This document shows, in pieces, positions 16,356 through 26,057 of a DNA stretch of 51,056 nucleotides; position 1 is the first letter of the stretch, and the number at the start of each line of letters is the position of its first letter. Under the pieces are notes generated by a model. It saw nothing but the letters and a program-made list of their open reading frames with translations. It ran no database searches and was not told the DNA's origin. The translations under genes were made by a program, and so were the position numbers. Source of the stretch: Candidatus Omnitrophota bacterium (lineage in GTDB: Bacteria; Omnitrophota; Gorgyraeia; Gygaellales; Profunditerraquicolaceae); NCBI GenBank assembly GCA_043808405.1, contig JAZDEX010000046.1, positions 1 through 51,056 on the forward strand, in the 5' to 3' direction.

Positions 16356-17531
16356 TTATAACTTATTAACCCATTCCTCTATTCTATTTAGCCCTTCTTC
16401 TAATTGTTTCATGCTGGTGGCAAAACTGATTCTCATATAATCATCCCTGCCGAATCCGTCACCCGGAATAACCGCAACTCCGGTTTCATCCAATAACCGG
16501 TTAGCAAAAGTAATTGAATCAATTTTGGTTTTACTGATATCGCAGAATATATAGAATGCCCCTTGAGGCAAGACGTAACCTAATTTATTTATTTTATTAA
16601 GCCTGCTGACTACATAGTTTCTTCTTTTCTCAAATTCAAGGCGCATGGCAGAAGTAAAATCATCCGGCATGGATAGAGCGGCAAGCGCGCCTTTTTGCGC
16701 GATAGAATTTGGATTGGAAGTTGAGTGGTCTTGTATTTTTGATATGGCATCGGCGATATTCTGGTGCGCGGCTAAATATCCGATACGCCATCCAGTCATG
16801 GAATGGCTTTTAGATAAGCCGTTAACCGTTATGGTTAGCTCGTAGATATCTTTATTAAAGCTGGCTATCGAAGTATGTTTTAAATTATCGTAAATTATTT
16901 TTTCATATATTTCATCTGATAAAACAAATATTTTATGCTTAACGCAAATATCGGCAAGCTCCTTCAATTCCTTTTCATTATAAACGCAGCCGGTGGGATT
17001 TGACGGGGTATTCAAGATAAATAACTTAGTTTTACTATTAATATTTTTTTCGAGTTCTTCAGGAGTTATTTTGAAACTACTTTTTGCGGATGTGCGCACA
17101 AAACGCGGGGACCCCGCGCACATATTTACCATTTCCGGATAACTTACCCAAAAGGGCAATGGAATAATCACCTCGTCACCCTCATCAATTAAAGCGAATA
17201 AGGCATTAAAGATGCTATGTTTTGCCCCGCAAGATACAATTACTTGGCTGGGATTATATTCAAGAGAGTTATCTTTTTTGAATTTTGCCGCGATGAGAGT
17301 TTTTAATTCGGGGATTCCGGTAGAGGGGGTATATTTGGTAAAACCTGATTTTAGAGCCGCAACTGCCGCGTCTTTAATAATATCCGGAGTATCGGCATCA
17401 GGTTCACCCGCGCCGAAACCAATAATATCTCTTCCCTCGGCCTTTAATTTCTTGGCTTTACTGGTAATGGCCAGAGTTGAAGAAGGATTAATTTTAGTTG
17501 TACGCTTAGCTAGTTTATCTTGTATTTGCAT
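16356..17531 (-). CDS. aspC: Aspartate aminotransferase (class I)
   Basis: NTPSNPTG and SKSHSMTGWRIGY motifs. Confidence 0.8.
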   Translation of the reverse strand: MQIQDKLAKRTTKINPSSTLAITSKAKKLKAEGRDIIGFGAGEPDADTPDIIKDAAVAALKSGFTKYTPSTGIPELKTLIAAKFKKDNSLEYNPSQVIVSCGAKHSIFNALFALIDEGDEVIIPLPFWVSYPEMVNMCAGSPRFVRTSAKSSFKITPEELEKNINSKTKLFILNTPSNPTGCVYNEKELKELADICVKHKIFVLSDEIYEKIIYDNLKHTSIASFNKDIYELTITVNGLSKSHSMTGWRIGYLAAHQNIADAISKIQDHSTSNPNSIAQKGALAALSMPDDFTSAMRLEFEKRRNYVVSRLNKINKLGYVLPQGAFYIFCDISKTKIDSITFANRLLDETGVAVIPGDGFGRDDYMRISFATSMKQLEEGLNRIEEWVNKL

Positions 17532-17542
17532 CGAGACCCTTT

Positions 17543-18106
17543 TTATAAAGAATCTCTCTCTTTTTTAAAGATGCTTCTTATTCCGCCTAAGAATTTCTTA
17601 TTAGGTTTTTTCTCTTCGCGAGCCATCGTATGGACATCAGGTGATTTATCTTTATGCTCTTGAGCCGGTTTTTCTTCTGCTTCTTTAGCAGCTTCTTCTG
17701 CCTCTTTTGGGGCTTCTTTAGTTTTTTTAGATTTTTTAACTTCCTTCTTCTTTATCTCGGTAAACTCGAGTATTGCCAGCTTCGCGCTATCGCCGCGCCT
17801 AAACCCTAGGCCTAAGATTCTCGTATAGCCCTCATTTCTTTTAGCGAATCTTGGGCCTATTTCACTAAAAAGAAGCGAAACTAATTTGTGGTCGCCTAAA
17901 ACTTTAAAAGCATCTCTTTTTGCCGCCAAAGTATTCTTTTTGGCTAAAACAATTAAACTATCTATTAAAGGCTTGGCTGCTTTTGCCCTATGCAGAGTAG
18001 TTTTAATACTTTGGTTAATTACAACATTCCTGGCTAAACTTTTTAAAGTTGCCTTATTCCAGCTGGTAAAACGGTTTAATTGATGGCGCTTTTTTGCGTG
18101 TCTCAT
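17543..18106 (-). CDS. rplQ: 50S ribosomal protein L17 with a ~65-aa Lys/Glu-rich C-terminal extension
   Basis: MRHAKKRHQLNR... L17 core; follows rpoA. Confidence 0.9.
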   Translation of the reverse strand: MRHAKKRHQLNRFTSWNKATLKSLARNVVINQSIKTTLHRAKAAKPLIDSLIVLAKKNTLAAKRDAFKVLGDHKLVSLLFSEIGPRFAKRNEGYTRILGLGFRRGDSAKLAILEFTEIKKKEVKKSKKTKEAPKEAEEAAKEAEEKPAQEHKDKSPDVHTMAREEKKPNKKFLGGIRSIFKKERDSL

Positions 18107-18109
18107 GTT

Positions 18110-19099
18110 TTAAGCCTTCTTTAGTTTTTTAGGATCTATCTGTATACCGAGGGTCAGGCCCATTCCGGCAAGCAGTTCTTTGATTTCCGTTAAAGATTTC
18201 TTTCCGAAATTCTTAAAACCCAACATTTCTTCTTCGCCTCTTTTAACTAGTTCAGCGATAGTTTTGATGTTGGCTTCGCGCAAGCAATTGGAGCTTCTGA
18301 CAGATAGCTCAAGTTCTGAGATCGGCAGCCGTAATTTTTCATAAAGCGCCGCTTCTTCTTTAGTCATTTCGAGCTCTTCTTCAATTTCTTCAGGCAATTG
18401 CCCGAAATTGACAAAGATATCTAAATGCCTTTGTAAAATATTGGAAGCATGCAGCAATGCGTCTTTAGGATTAATTGAGCCGTTGGTAAAGATCTCTAAA
18501 ATCAATTTCTCATAGTCGGTTTTCTGCCCTACGCGGGTATTTTCGACGGAGAAATCAATTTTTTTAATCGGGGTAAATATGGCATCGATCGCGATTACGC
18601 CGGCGACATGCTCTTCTTTTTTATTTAATTCTGCCGGCACATAGCCTCGGCCTCTGGATACCTCCATCTCAACATGAAATTTAGTATCTTTGGTTAAGGT
18701 AGCGATGTGCAGGCCCGGATTTATAATCTCGATAGTTTCGTCGGCTTCAATATCTTTTGCCGTAACTTCGCCTTTGGTGTCTTTCTTGATATAAATGGTT
18801 TTCGGAATCTTAGAGTGAGAGTTGATCACTAAAGTTTTGATGTTAAGCACTATTTCGGTTACATCTTCTAGCACGCCGGGAATCGTTGAGAATTCGTGCG
18901 CAACCCCGGTAATTTTAATCGATGTTACCGCGCTGCCTTCGATGGAAGATAATAAAACCCTTCTTAGGGAGTTTCCTAATGTTACGCCGTAGCCTCTTTC
19001 AAAAGGAGCAGCAAAAAACTTTCCGTAGTTTTCAGTCAAGCTCGTTTCTTCGCATTCTAATCTCTTTGGTAGCTGTAAATCTCTCCATTTAATACCCAT
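18110..19099 (-). CDS. rpoA: RNA polymerase alpha subunit
   Basis: LGNSLRRVLLSS and the C-terminal ELSVRSSNCL domain. Confidence 0.95.
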   Translation of the reverse strand: MGIKWRDLQLPKRLECEETSLTENYGKFFAAPFERGYGVTLGNSLRRVLLSSIEGSAVTSIKITGVAHEFSTIPGVLEDVTEIVLNIKTLVINSHSKIPKTIYIKKDTKGEVTAKDIEADETIEIINPGLHIATLTKDTKFHVEMEVSRGRGYVPAELNKKEEHVAGVIAIDAIFTPIKKIDFSVENTRVGQKTDYEKLILEIFTNGSINPKDALLHASNILQRHLDIFVNFGQLPEEIEEELEMTKEEAALYEKLRLPISELELSVRSSNCLREANIKTIAELVKRGEEEMLGFKNFGKKSLTEIKELLAGMGLTLGIQIDPKKLKKA

Positions 19100-19120
19100 C
19101 TATTCCTCCTCTTGAATTTA

Positions 19121-19750
19121 TTACTTTGAGTATAATTCTACAATTAACTGTTCTTGAATAGGCGCGGCTATATCATCTTTCTCCGGGAGCCTTAAAACCT
19201 TTGCCTTTAAATCTTGGGTATTCATTTCAAGCCAGCTGGGAACAGTCCTATCTTTGGAAAGCTCGATATTTTCCAGTATTTTCTTTTTAGCTTTATCTTT
19301 CGCGCGTATTTCAATAATGTCGCTGGCATCAATTAAAAAAGAAGGAATGTTTACTCTTTTAGAATTTACCAGGACAAAGTTATGCCGCACAACTTGGCGG
19401 GCTTGCGCCCGGGAAGTAGCTAAACACATCCGAAAGATGACATTGTCGAGCCTTCTCTCTAAAAGCTGCAAAAGAACTTTACCGGTAACGCCTTTAGATT
19501 TAGAAGCAGTATCAAAGTATCGACGGAACTGTTTTTCTAAAACTCCATAAATACGCTTAACCTTTTGTTTTTCTTTAACTTGCAGCCCATAATTAGAAAG
19601 CTTTGTCCGCGTAGTCTTTCCGTGTTGTCCCGGGGGAAATGCTCTTTTGCCCATAGTACATTTGGCACCATTACATTTATTTCCTTTTAAGAATAATTTT
19701 TCGCCTTGACGGCGGCACAATCTACAAACTGCTTCAGTATACCTTGCCAT
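19121..19750 (-). CDS. rpsD: 30S ribosomal protein S4
   Basis: MARYTEAVCRLCRRQG...; conserved operon order. Confidence 0.95.
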   Translation of the reverse strand: MARYTEAVCRLCRRQGEKLFLKGNKCNGAKCTMGKRAFPPGQHGKTTRTKLSNYGLQVKEKQKVKRIYGVLEKQFRRYFDTASKSKGVTGKVLLQLLERRLDNVIFRMCLATSRAQARQVVRHNFVLVNSKRVNIPSFLIDASDIIEIRAKDKAKKKILENIELSKDRTVPSWLEMNTQDLKAKVLRLPEKDDIAAPIQEQLIVELYSK

Positions 19751-19777
19751 ATTTTCTTTATCCTTTATTTTATATTT

Positions 19778-19797
19778 CCCTAAACCCTACCTACTAT
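19778..19797. repeat. Family B TAG-heptamer element (short)
   Basis: Plus strand ccctaaaccctacctactat, in the rpsK-rpsD spacer. Confidence 0.7.
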
Positions 19798-20186
19798 TAA
19801 ACTCTCCTTTTCTTCTTGGGGCGGCAACCATTATGCGGAATAGGAGTTACGTCTTTTATAGAAGTGATAATTAATCCGCCCGCCTGTAATGCCCTGATTG
19901 CTGACTCGCGGCCAAAACCCGGCCCTTTAACATAAACATCTATTTCTTTTAGGCCAATCTCCTTGGCTTTTCTCGCGGCATCCGCTGCTGCTATCTGAGC
20001 CGCAAAAGGCGTGGACTTTTTAGACCCGCCATAGCCTACAATACCCGGAGCAGACCAGACCAAGGTATTGCCCTGCTTATCGGTTATAGTAATGATTGTA
20101 TTATTAAAACTTGCTTGAATATGCGCGATACCGGTAGTGATGCCCTTTGCTATCTTTTTCTTTTTTGCCTTATCCTTTGTAGCCAT
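19797..20186 (-). CDS. rpsK: 30S ribosomal protein S11
   Basis: [18 protein letters not shown] motif. Confidence 0.95.
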   Translation of the reverse strand: MATKDKAKKKKIAKGITTGIAHIQASFNNTIITITDKQGNTLVWSAPGIVGYGGSKKSTPFAAQIAAADAARKAKEIGLKEIDVYVKGPGFGRESAIRALQAGGLIITSIKDVTPIPHNGCRPKKKRRV

Positions 20187-20212
20187 TCAATCTCCTAGTT
20201 TTATTTGCTTTT

Positions 20213-20250
20213 CCCTAAATACTACCTACTACCTACTAACTACTGCCTAC
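20213..20250. repeat. Family B TAG-heptamer array
   Basis: Plus strand ccctaaatactacctactacctactaactactgcctac, in the rpsM-rpsK spacer. Confidence 0.8.
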
Positions 20251-20255
20251 TTTAT

Positions 20256-20663
20256 TTATTTTCCGGCCGGCTTCGCTGCTCTTGACGGCGCCTCTTTTTT
20301 AGCCACAATTGCTCCGCCTTTACGCGGGCCCTTGCGTGTCCGAGCATTTGTCCGTGTGCGCTGGCCGCGAACCGGAAGGCCTTTTTTATGGCGGCTTCCG
20401 CGGTAAGAACCAATATCGACTAATCTTTTTATATTTTGTGATATATCACGGCGCAAATCGCCTTCTGCTCTATAGCCTTTTTGTATAATGCTAGTAATGC
20501 GGGAAACTTCTTCTTCGCTTAGGTCCTTCGCGCGCTTATTAGGGTCAACATTAGCTTCTTTTAGAATTTTATTTGCTAATGCGCGGCCCACGCCGTATAA
20601 ATACATTAAAGCAATTTCGCTTCTTTTTTCTTTAGGGATATCAACACCCAAGATTCTTGGCAT
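20256..20663 (-). CDS. rpsM: 30S ribosomal protein S13
   Basis: [14 protein letters not shown]... Confidence 0.95.
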   Translation of the reverse strand: MPRILGVDIPKEKRSEIALMYLYGVGRALANKILKEANVDPNKRAKDLSEEEVSRITSIIQKGYRAEGDLRRDISQNIKRLVDIGSYRGSRHKKGLPVRGQRTRTNARTRKGPRKGGAIVAKKEAPSRAAKPAGK

Positions 20664-20672
20664 TTCTCACCT

Positions 20673-20786
20673 CTATCCTTGTCTTTGTTTATGTTTTGGA
20701 TTAATGCAGATTACGCGCACAACACGCTGCCGCTTAATAATCTTACATCTGTCGCAAATTCTTTTTACTGAAGCTTTTACTTTCAT
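20673..20786 (-). CDS. rpmJ: 50S ribosomal protein L36
   Basis: Hand-translated, too short for the ORF track: [37 protein letters not shown]. Lies between infA and rpsM. Confidence 0.9.
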   Translation of the reverse strand: MKVKASVKRICDRCKIIKRQRVVRVICINPKHKQRQG

Positions 20787-20787
20787 T

Positions 20788-21006
20788 TTATTTCACCCTA
20801 AATGTTATCCTGCCTCTGGTTAAATCATAAGGCGATAATTCCAACTTAACTTTATCACCCGGCAATATCCTGATAAAATTCATGCGCATCTTGCCAGATA
20901 CATGCGCTAAAACCACATGCCCATTTTCTAATTCTACTCTAAACATTGCATTGGGCAATGTTTCAATAATCTTTCCTTCTGTCTCTATTAGGTCTTCTTT
21001 AGGCAT
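20788..21006 (-). CDS. infA: Translation initiation factor IF-1
   Basis: 72 aa S1-like fold; [20 protein letters not shown]. Confidence 0.95.
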   Translation of the reverse strand: MPKEDLIETEGKIIETLPNAMFRVELENGHVVLAHVSGKMRMNFIRILPGDKVKLELSPYDLTRGRITFRVK

Positions 21007-21009
21007 AAT

Positions 21010-21753
21010 TTAAACCGTTAGTATTTCCACGCCTTCTTTAGTTATTGCCACCGTATGCTCAAAATGCGCTGAAAGCGAGCCATCTTTGGTTACCGCGGTC
21101 CAACCGTTATCCAAAATTTCGGACTCCCAGCCGCCCATATTAATCATTGGTTCAATTGCCAGCACCATTCCTTCTTTTAACAGCGGCCCTTGATGCGCCG
21201 CGCCAAAATTAGGGATTTCGGGGTCTTCATGCAACTGCTTTCCAATGCCATGCCCTACAAATTGCCTGACCACGGAAAATCCGTGTTTCTCGGCGTAAGA
21301 CTGTATCGCATGGGATATATCAAATAACTGATTGCCTGCTTGCGCCTCTTTAATGCCTTCTGCCAAAGATTTCTTAGCTACTTCTATAAATTTCTGTATT
21401 TTAGGGTTTATTTCACCCACGCCGACTGTTATCGCGGCATCAGAATAATAGCCTCGAGAAATTATTCCTAAGTCCAGGCTGATAATATCGCCTTCAAGCA
21501 AACAGCGCTCATCGGGTATACCGTGGACTATTTCATTATTAACTGAAGCGCATAAGGTTGCCGGATACCCTTTGTAATTTTTAAATGCCGGCAAAACTTC
21601 ATTTTCAAGGATCAGTTCTTCAGCTAATAAATCTAGTTCACGGGTTGATATGCCCGGTTTTACTTTTTCTCTTAGCCGCTTCATTATGCCGCTTAAGATT
21701 TTCCCGGCCTCGCGCAATACTTTTAAATCTTCCTCAGACTTTAAGGGGATCAT
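21010..21753 (-). CDS. map: Methionine aminopeptidase type I
   Basis: DIISLDLG, FVGHGIG and the HFEHTV metal-ligand pattern. Confidence 0.9.
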   Translation of the reverse strand: MIPLKSEEDLKVLREAGKILSGIMKRLREKVKPGISTRELDLLAEELILENEVLPAFKNYKGYPATLCASVNNEIVHGIPDERCLLEGDIISLDLGIISRGYYSDAAITVGVGEINPKIQKFIEVAKKSLAEGIKEAQAGNQLFDISHAIQSYAEKHGFSVVRQFVGHGIGKQLHEDPEIPNFGAAHQGPLLKEGMVLAIEPMINMGGWESEILDNGWTAVTKDGSLSAHFEHTVAITKEGVEILTV

Positions 21754-22399
21754 GCGGGTGGATCGCTAAATATATTAATTGCTTAAGAACAATTTTCGCT
21801 TCTTTATCAGCAGAAAGTGTATGTAATTTATTTTGCGCCTCATAATAATTTAATACTTCGGATGCCTCGTTTTTATAAACCTCAATGCGTTTCTTAATTG
21901 TTTCTACTTTATCGTCGCCTCTTTGATAAAGTTCGCCTTGGCAATGGTCGCAAATATTAACGGTTTTCGGCGGCATATTTGTTATATGAAAATTAGAGCC
22001 GCATTTTTTACAAACTAATCTTCCTGAGAGCCTCTGAATGATAACCGCGTCGCTGGTATCTAAATATGCGGCAAAATCTATGTTCATCGTTTTAGATTTT
22101 AGTAATTCGCCTAAAGACTTAGCCTGATTTAAAGTGCGCGGATAACCGTCTAAAATAAAACCATTTTTTACATCAGGTTTTTCAAATCTTTCGCCCAACA
22201 TTTTGGTCACTAGTTCATCTGGGACTAAGGCGCCGCGATCCATATACCCTTTTGCTTCTTTGCCAAGGAGAGTGCCTAGAGCGGCATTCTGGCGCAATAA
22301 ATCGCCAGTCGAAATATGCGCTATGTTTAATTCTTTGGCTAATTCCTTGGCTTGTGTGCCTTTTCCCGCGCCCGGAGGCCCGAATAAAATGAAATTCAT
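21734..22399 (-). CDS. adk: Adenylate kinase with zinc-lid
   Basis: GPPGAGKGTQ; CKKCGSNFH...CDHCQG lid. Confidence 0.9.
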   Translation of the reverse strand: MNFILFGPPGAGKGTQAKELAKELNIAHISTGDLLRQNAALGTLLGKEAKGYMDRGALVPDELVTKMLGERFEKPDVKNGFILDGYPRTLNQAKSLGELLKSKTMNIDFAAYLDTSDAVIIQRLSGRLVCKKCGSNFHITNMPPKTVNICDHCQGELYQRGDDKVETIKKRIEVYKNEASEVLNYYEAQNKLHTLSADKEAKIVLKQLIYLAIHPHDPLKV

Positions 22400-23745
22400 T
22401 ATCTACGCCCTTTTATGCGCGCGCCTTTAATAAATCCTTCATAGTGGTGCATTAGCAGGTGCGATTCAACTTGTTTTACTGTATCCAACATGACTCCAAC
22501 GATGATTAAGACGCCTGTGCCGCCGAAAAACGAAGCAACTAGGTATGGAACCTTAAGCCACGCCATCAAAAAATCCGGAAATATGGCGATAAAAGCAATA
22601 AAAATCGCGCCTGCCAAAGTAATACGCGTCATAATAAAATCTAAATATTCCGCGGTATTTGTCCCCGGGCGTATCCCGGGAATGAAACCGCCGTATTTTT
22701 TCATATTTTCGGATAAATCTAGCGGATTAAAAACGATCGCGGTATAAAAATAACAAAAGAAAATTATCAAAAGAGCGTATACTGCCGTATAAAGTAAATG
22801 CCCGCGCATTAGCCCTTCAGCTAATCTCTGGAACCCCGGATTAGGTATAAACGATGCCAAGGTTGCCGGAAATAAAATTATTGACTGCGCGAAGATAATC
22901 GCAATAACGCCTGCGGTATCCACTTTTAAAGGTATATAAGTGCTCTGTCCGCCAAAAATTTTCCTGCCCACCACCCGCCGGGCATACTGCACCGGAATCC
23001 TTCTTTGGCCTTGCGTGATCATAATAACCGCAAACACTACTCCCACTAGCAGTATGCTCATAATCAATAAGGTAATCGGTTGGATCTGACGGCGAGCGGG
23101 ATCAAATGGAGAAATCAAGACAAAAAGTTGCTGCAATGCGGAAGGAATCCTGGAGATAATGCCGGCAGTAATAACCAAAGAAATTCCGTTGCCAATACCT
23201 TTTTCCTGAATTTGCTCTCCCAGCCACATGATAAAAATGGTGCCGGTAGTTAAAGTAAGCACAGTTAAAATTCTAAATCCCCAACCTGGATGCATTACAA
23301 TTCTTAAACCTTCAAAGCGCGCGGGATTCTCTAGCCATAACGCGATAAAAAATGATTGTATTATAGAAAGAACTACTGTCCCATAACGGGTATATTGATT
23401 AATTTTTTCATGCCCGGCTTTACCCTCTTTGGCGATTTTTTCTAATGCCGGAACAACTGCCGTTAATAACTGCATAATAATGGAAGAAGATATGTAAGGC
23501 ATTATCCCTAAGGCAAATATAGTCAACCTTTCCATCGCGCCGCCGGAAAACATATTAATTATGCCAAAGAGCGCCCCACCCTGGGTCTTGGCAATACGGC
23601 TAAAAAATTCTGCCAATGCCGCGCCATTAATCCCCGGAGTAGGGACAAATGAACCTATGCGATAAACAGCTAACAAGCCGGCTGTAACAATAAGCCGCTT
23701 CTTAAGATCTGGTATTTTAAACGAATTGGCTAATGCGCTAAGCAT
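22399..23745 (-). CDS. secY: Preprotein translocase SecY
   Basis: 448 aa multi-TM protein; conserved position between rplO and adk. Confidence 0.95.
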   Translation of the reverse strand: MLSALANSFKIPDLKKRLIVTAGLLAVYRIGSFVPTPGINGAALAEFFSRIAKTQGGALFGIINMFSGGAMERLTIFALGIMPYISSSIIMQLLTAVVPALEKIAKEGKAGHEKINQYTRYGTVVLSIIQSFFIALWLENPARFEGLRIVMHPGWGFRILTVLTLTTGTIFIMWLGEQIQEKGIGNGISLVITAGIISRIPSALQQLFVLISPFDPARRQIQPITLLIMSILLVGVVFAVIMITQGQRRIPVQYARRVVGRKIFGGQSTYIPLKVDTAGVIAIIFAQSIILFPATLASFIPNPGFQRLAEGLMRGHLLYTAVYALLIIFFCYFYTAIVFNPLDLSENMKKYGGFIPGIRPGTNTAEYLDFIMTRITLAGAIFIAFIAIFPDFLMAWLKVPYLVASFFGGTGVLIIVGVMLDTVKQVESHLLMHHYEGFIKGARIKGRR

Positions 23746-24265
23746 TAATAATCTCTACTTTACCGCCTGCGGTTTTAATTTTATCGGATGCGCTTTGAGA
23801 AATCGCGTGGACCTGAATATTAATCGCGGTTTTAACTTCGCCGCCGCCTAAAAGCTTAATTAGTTTCGCTTTATTTTTAATCAGCCCTGCTTTTTCCATT
23901 GCTTCAAGAGTAACGCTTGATTCTTTAACGCGCGCTAAATCGCGGAGATTAATTATCTGAAATTCTTTTTTAAATATATTTGTAAATCCGCGCTTAGGCA
24001 TCCTGCGGATTAAAGGCGACTGCCCGCCTTCAAAACCTAGGTAAAAGTGGCGCCCGGCGCGCGAAGTCTGCCCCTTAGAGCCGCGGGTTGAAGTTTTACC
24101 ATGGCCTGAACCTGAGCCGCGGCCGAGAAGTTTTTTTGGCTTATGCGAGCCCTTCGCCGGTTTCAAATTATGCATACCGAATAACACCTTAGCCTCCACT
24201 GCTTTAGGTTCGGTTTTTGCCGTTATTTTTATTTCTTTTTTGGCGGATAACTTTTTCTTTTCCAT
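23738..24265 (-). CDS. rplO: 50S ribosomal protein L15, with a possible 30-aa N-terminal extension
   Basis: The L15 core starts at MHNLKPAKGS (ATG 24175, SD AAGGTG 9 nt upstream). The ORF stays open up to the ATG at 24265, which has no obvious SD. Confidence 0.85.
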   Translation of the reverse strand: MEKKKLSAKKEIKITAKTEPKAVEAKVLFGMHNLKPAKGSHKPKKLLGRGSGSGHGKTSTRGSKGQTSRAGRHFYLGFEGGQSPLIRRMPKRGFTNIFKKEFQIINLRDLARVKESSVTLEAMEKAGLIKNKAKLIKLLGGGEVKTAINIQVHAISQSASDKIKTAGGKVEIINA

Positions 24266-24268
24266 TTT

Positions 24269-24721
24269 TTAATCTTTCAAATTCTTTAAGCCGTCTACGG
24301 TGGCCTTAATAACATTAACCGGATTCGTTGATTTAAGGCATTTAGTTAAAATATCCTTAATCCCGACTGCTTCGCATATCGCTCTCACCGGCCCGGATGC
24401 AATAACGCCAGTACCTTCAGAAGCCGGCTTTAGCATAACTTTAGCGGCGCCGAAATGGCCGATTATTTCATGAGGGATAGTTGAGCCTTCAAGCGGAATA
24501 CGGAACAAATCTTTCTTTGCCTTGGTTAAAGACTTGCGTATGGCGTCGGCGACTTCGTTAGCTTTCTCTAAAGCAAAGCCAACACGGCCTTTAGTATCGC
24601 CGACAACGACCAGCGCGTTAAAATGCTGCTTCTTTCCGCCTTTAGTAACTTTAGTAACACGGTTAATTGCGATAACTTTTTCAATTAAATCGGATTGTTT
24701 TTCTATGTTTAATTCGCGCAT
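24269..24721 (-). CDS. rpsE: 30S ribosomal protein S5
   Basis: [15 protein letters not shown] motif. Confidence 0.95.
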   Translation of the reverse strand: MRELNIEKQSDLIEKVIAINRVTKVTKGGKKQHFNALVVVGDTKGRVGFALEKANEVADAIRKSLTKAKKDLFRIPLEGSTIPHEIIGHFGAAKVMLKPASEGTGVIASGPVRAICEAVGIKDILTKCLKSTNPVNVIKATVDGLKNLKD

Positions 24722-25083
24722 TAAAACTCTAACCCTCCCTTTCGCAGAGCATCCGCAAAGGCCTTGATCCTGCCATGATATAAATATCCCGCGCGGTCAA
24801 AAATAATTTTAGAAATACCTTTTTCTTTTAATTTCTTGGCAAAAATTTCGCCGAACTCAGAGGCTACTTTTACATTGCCCGCGTCTTTAAATTGTTTCTT
24901 CAGCTCTTTATCTTGAGTAGACAAGGAACAAATAGTCGTATGTGTTATATCATCAATAACCTGCCCAAAAATATTATTTAGGCTGCGATAAACTACTAAA
25001 CGCGGTTTTTCCGGCGCGCCATGCATTTTTAGAGCTATACGCTTGTGCCTTTTTAATCTCTGGATTTCTCTCGGATTTTTCAT
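24721..25083 (-). CDS. rplR: 50S ribosomal protein L18
   Basis: [19 protein letters not shown]; [14 protein letters not shown]. Confidence 0.95.
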   Translation of the reverse strand: MKNPREIQRLKRHKRIALKMHGAPEKPRLVVYRSLNNIFGQVIDDITHTTICSLSTQDKELKKQFKDAGNVKVASEFGEIFAKKLKEKGISKIIFDRAGYLYHGRIKAFADALRKGGLEF

Positions 25084-25091
25084 CTTAAAAA

Positions 25092-25640
25092 TTACTTTCC
25101 GCCGGTGGCCTGGGCCTTACCGACTTTCTTCTTGATATATTCGCCGGCAAAACGGATGCCTTTGCCTTTATACGGCTCTGGAGGATAAATCGCGCGTATC
25201 TGCGCGGCAACTTTGCCAACTTTTTCTTTATCAATCCCAGTTATTATAAGTTGAGTATTTTTTGGCGCCTCAATTTTTATACCCTCAGGAATAGGAAAAT
25301 TTACCGGGTGAGAAAAACCTAATTGCAGATTTAAAATATTGCCGGCAATCGCGGCGCGGTAACCCACGCCTTGTATTTCCATTTCCTTAACATACCCTTG
25401 AGTTACACCTACGATCATATTTAAGATCAAGGCGCGTGTCAGTCCGTGAAATGCGCGGTCCATTTTAGTATCCGCAACTCGAGTGACAAAAAGTTGGTTA
25501 TCTTTAATCTCTATCGCGACCCTGTGGGATAAACCATAATTCAATTTCCCCTTTGGCCCCTCAATAAAAATAATCCTGTCCTTAATTTCGATCTTTACTT
25601 CTTTTGGCAGAGCTACTGGTTTTTTGCCTAATTTCGACAT
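25092..25640 (-). CDS. rplF: 50S ribosomal protein L6
   Basis: MSKLGKKPVALP. I prefer the ATG at 25640, with AGGA 8 nt upstream, over the track's TTG at 25655. Confidence 0.9.
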   Translation of the reverse strand: MSKLGKKPVALPKEVKIEIKDRIIFIEGPKGKLNYGLSHRVAIEIKDNQLFVTRVADTKMDRAFHGLTRALILNMIVGVTQGYVKEMEIQGVGYRAAIAGNILNLQLGFSHPVNFPIPEGIKIEAPKNTQLIITGIDKEKVGKVAAQIRAIYPPEPYKGKGIRFAGEYIKKKVGKAQATGGK

Positions 25641-25648
25641 ATTTATTC

Positions 25649-26044
25649 CTACCAAACATAGGCGATTATTTCACCGCCTGCTTTTTGTTCACGCGCCTGT
25701 TTATCTGTAATTATTCCTTGGGATGTTGAAACTATCGCCAGGCCGCGGCCTCTTAGAATCAAAGGAATTTTTTTGCTTTCTTTATATACGCGCAATCCCG
25801 GTTTTGAAACGCGTTTAATATTACGGATTGCGGATTTAGCGTTAACATATTTCAAATAAATCCTTAAAATCCCCTGCTTTTTATCTTCTAGCGGCTTAAA
25901 ATCATCAATATAGCCTTCTTTTTTCAGGATATCCATTATCGAAGACAACATTTTTGAAGCTGGAATACCCACATTCTCTTTTTTTGCCATAATGGCGTTG
26001 CGTATAACTGTAAAAGCGTCTGCGATTAAATCTGTTCTTGACAT
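25649..26044 (-). CDS. rpsH: 30S ribosomal protein S8
   Basis: DLIADAFTVIRNA; ends GGEIIAYVW. Confidence 0.95.
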   Translation of the reverse strand: MSRTDLIADAFTVIRNAIMAKKENVGIPASKMLSSIMDILKKEGYIDDFKPLEDKKQGILRIYLKYVNAKSAIRNIKRVSKPGLRVYKESKKIPLILRGRGLAIVSTSQGIITDKQAREQKAGGEIIAYVW

Positions 26045-26057
26045 TTATCCCTCTTTT

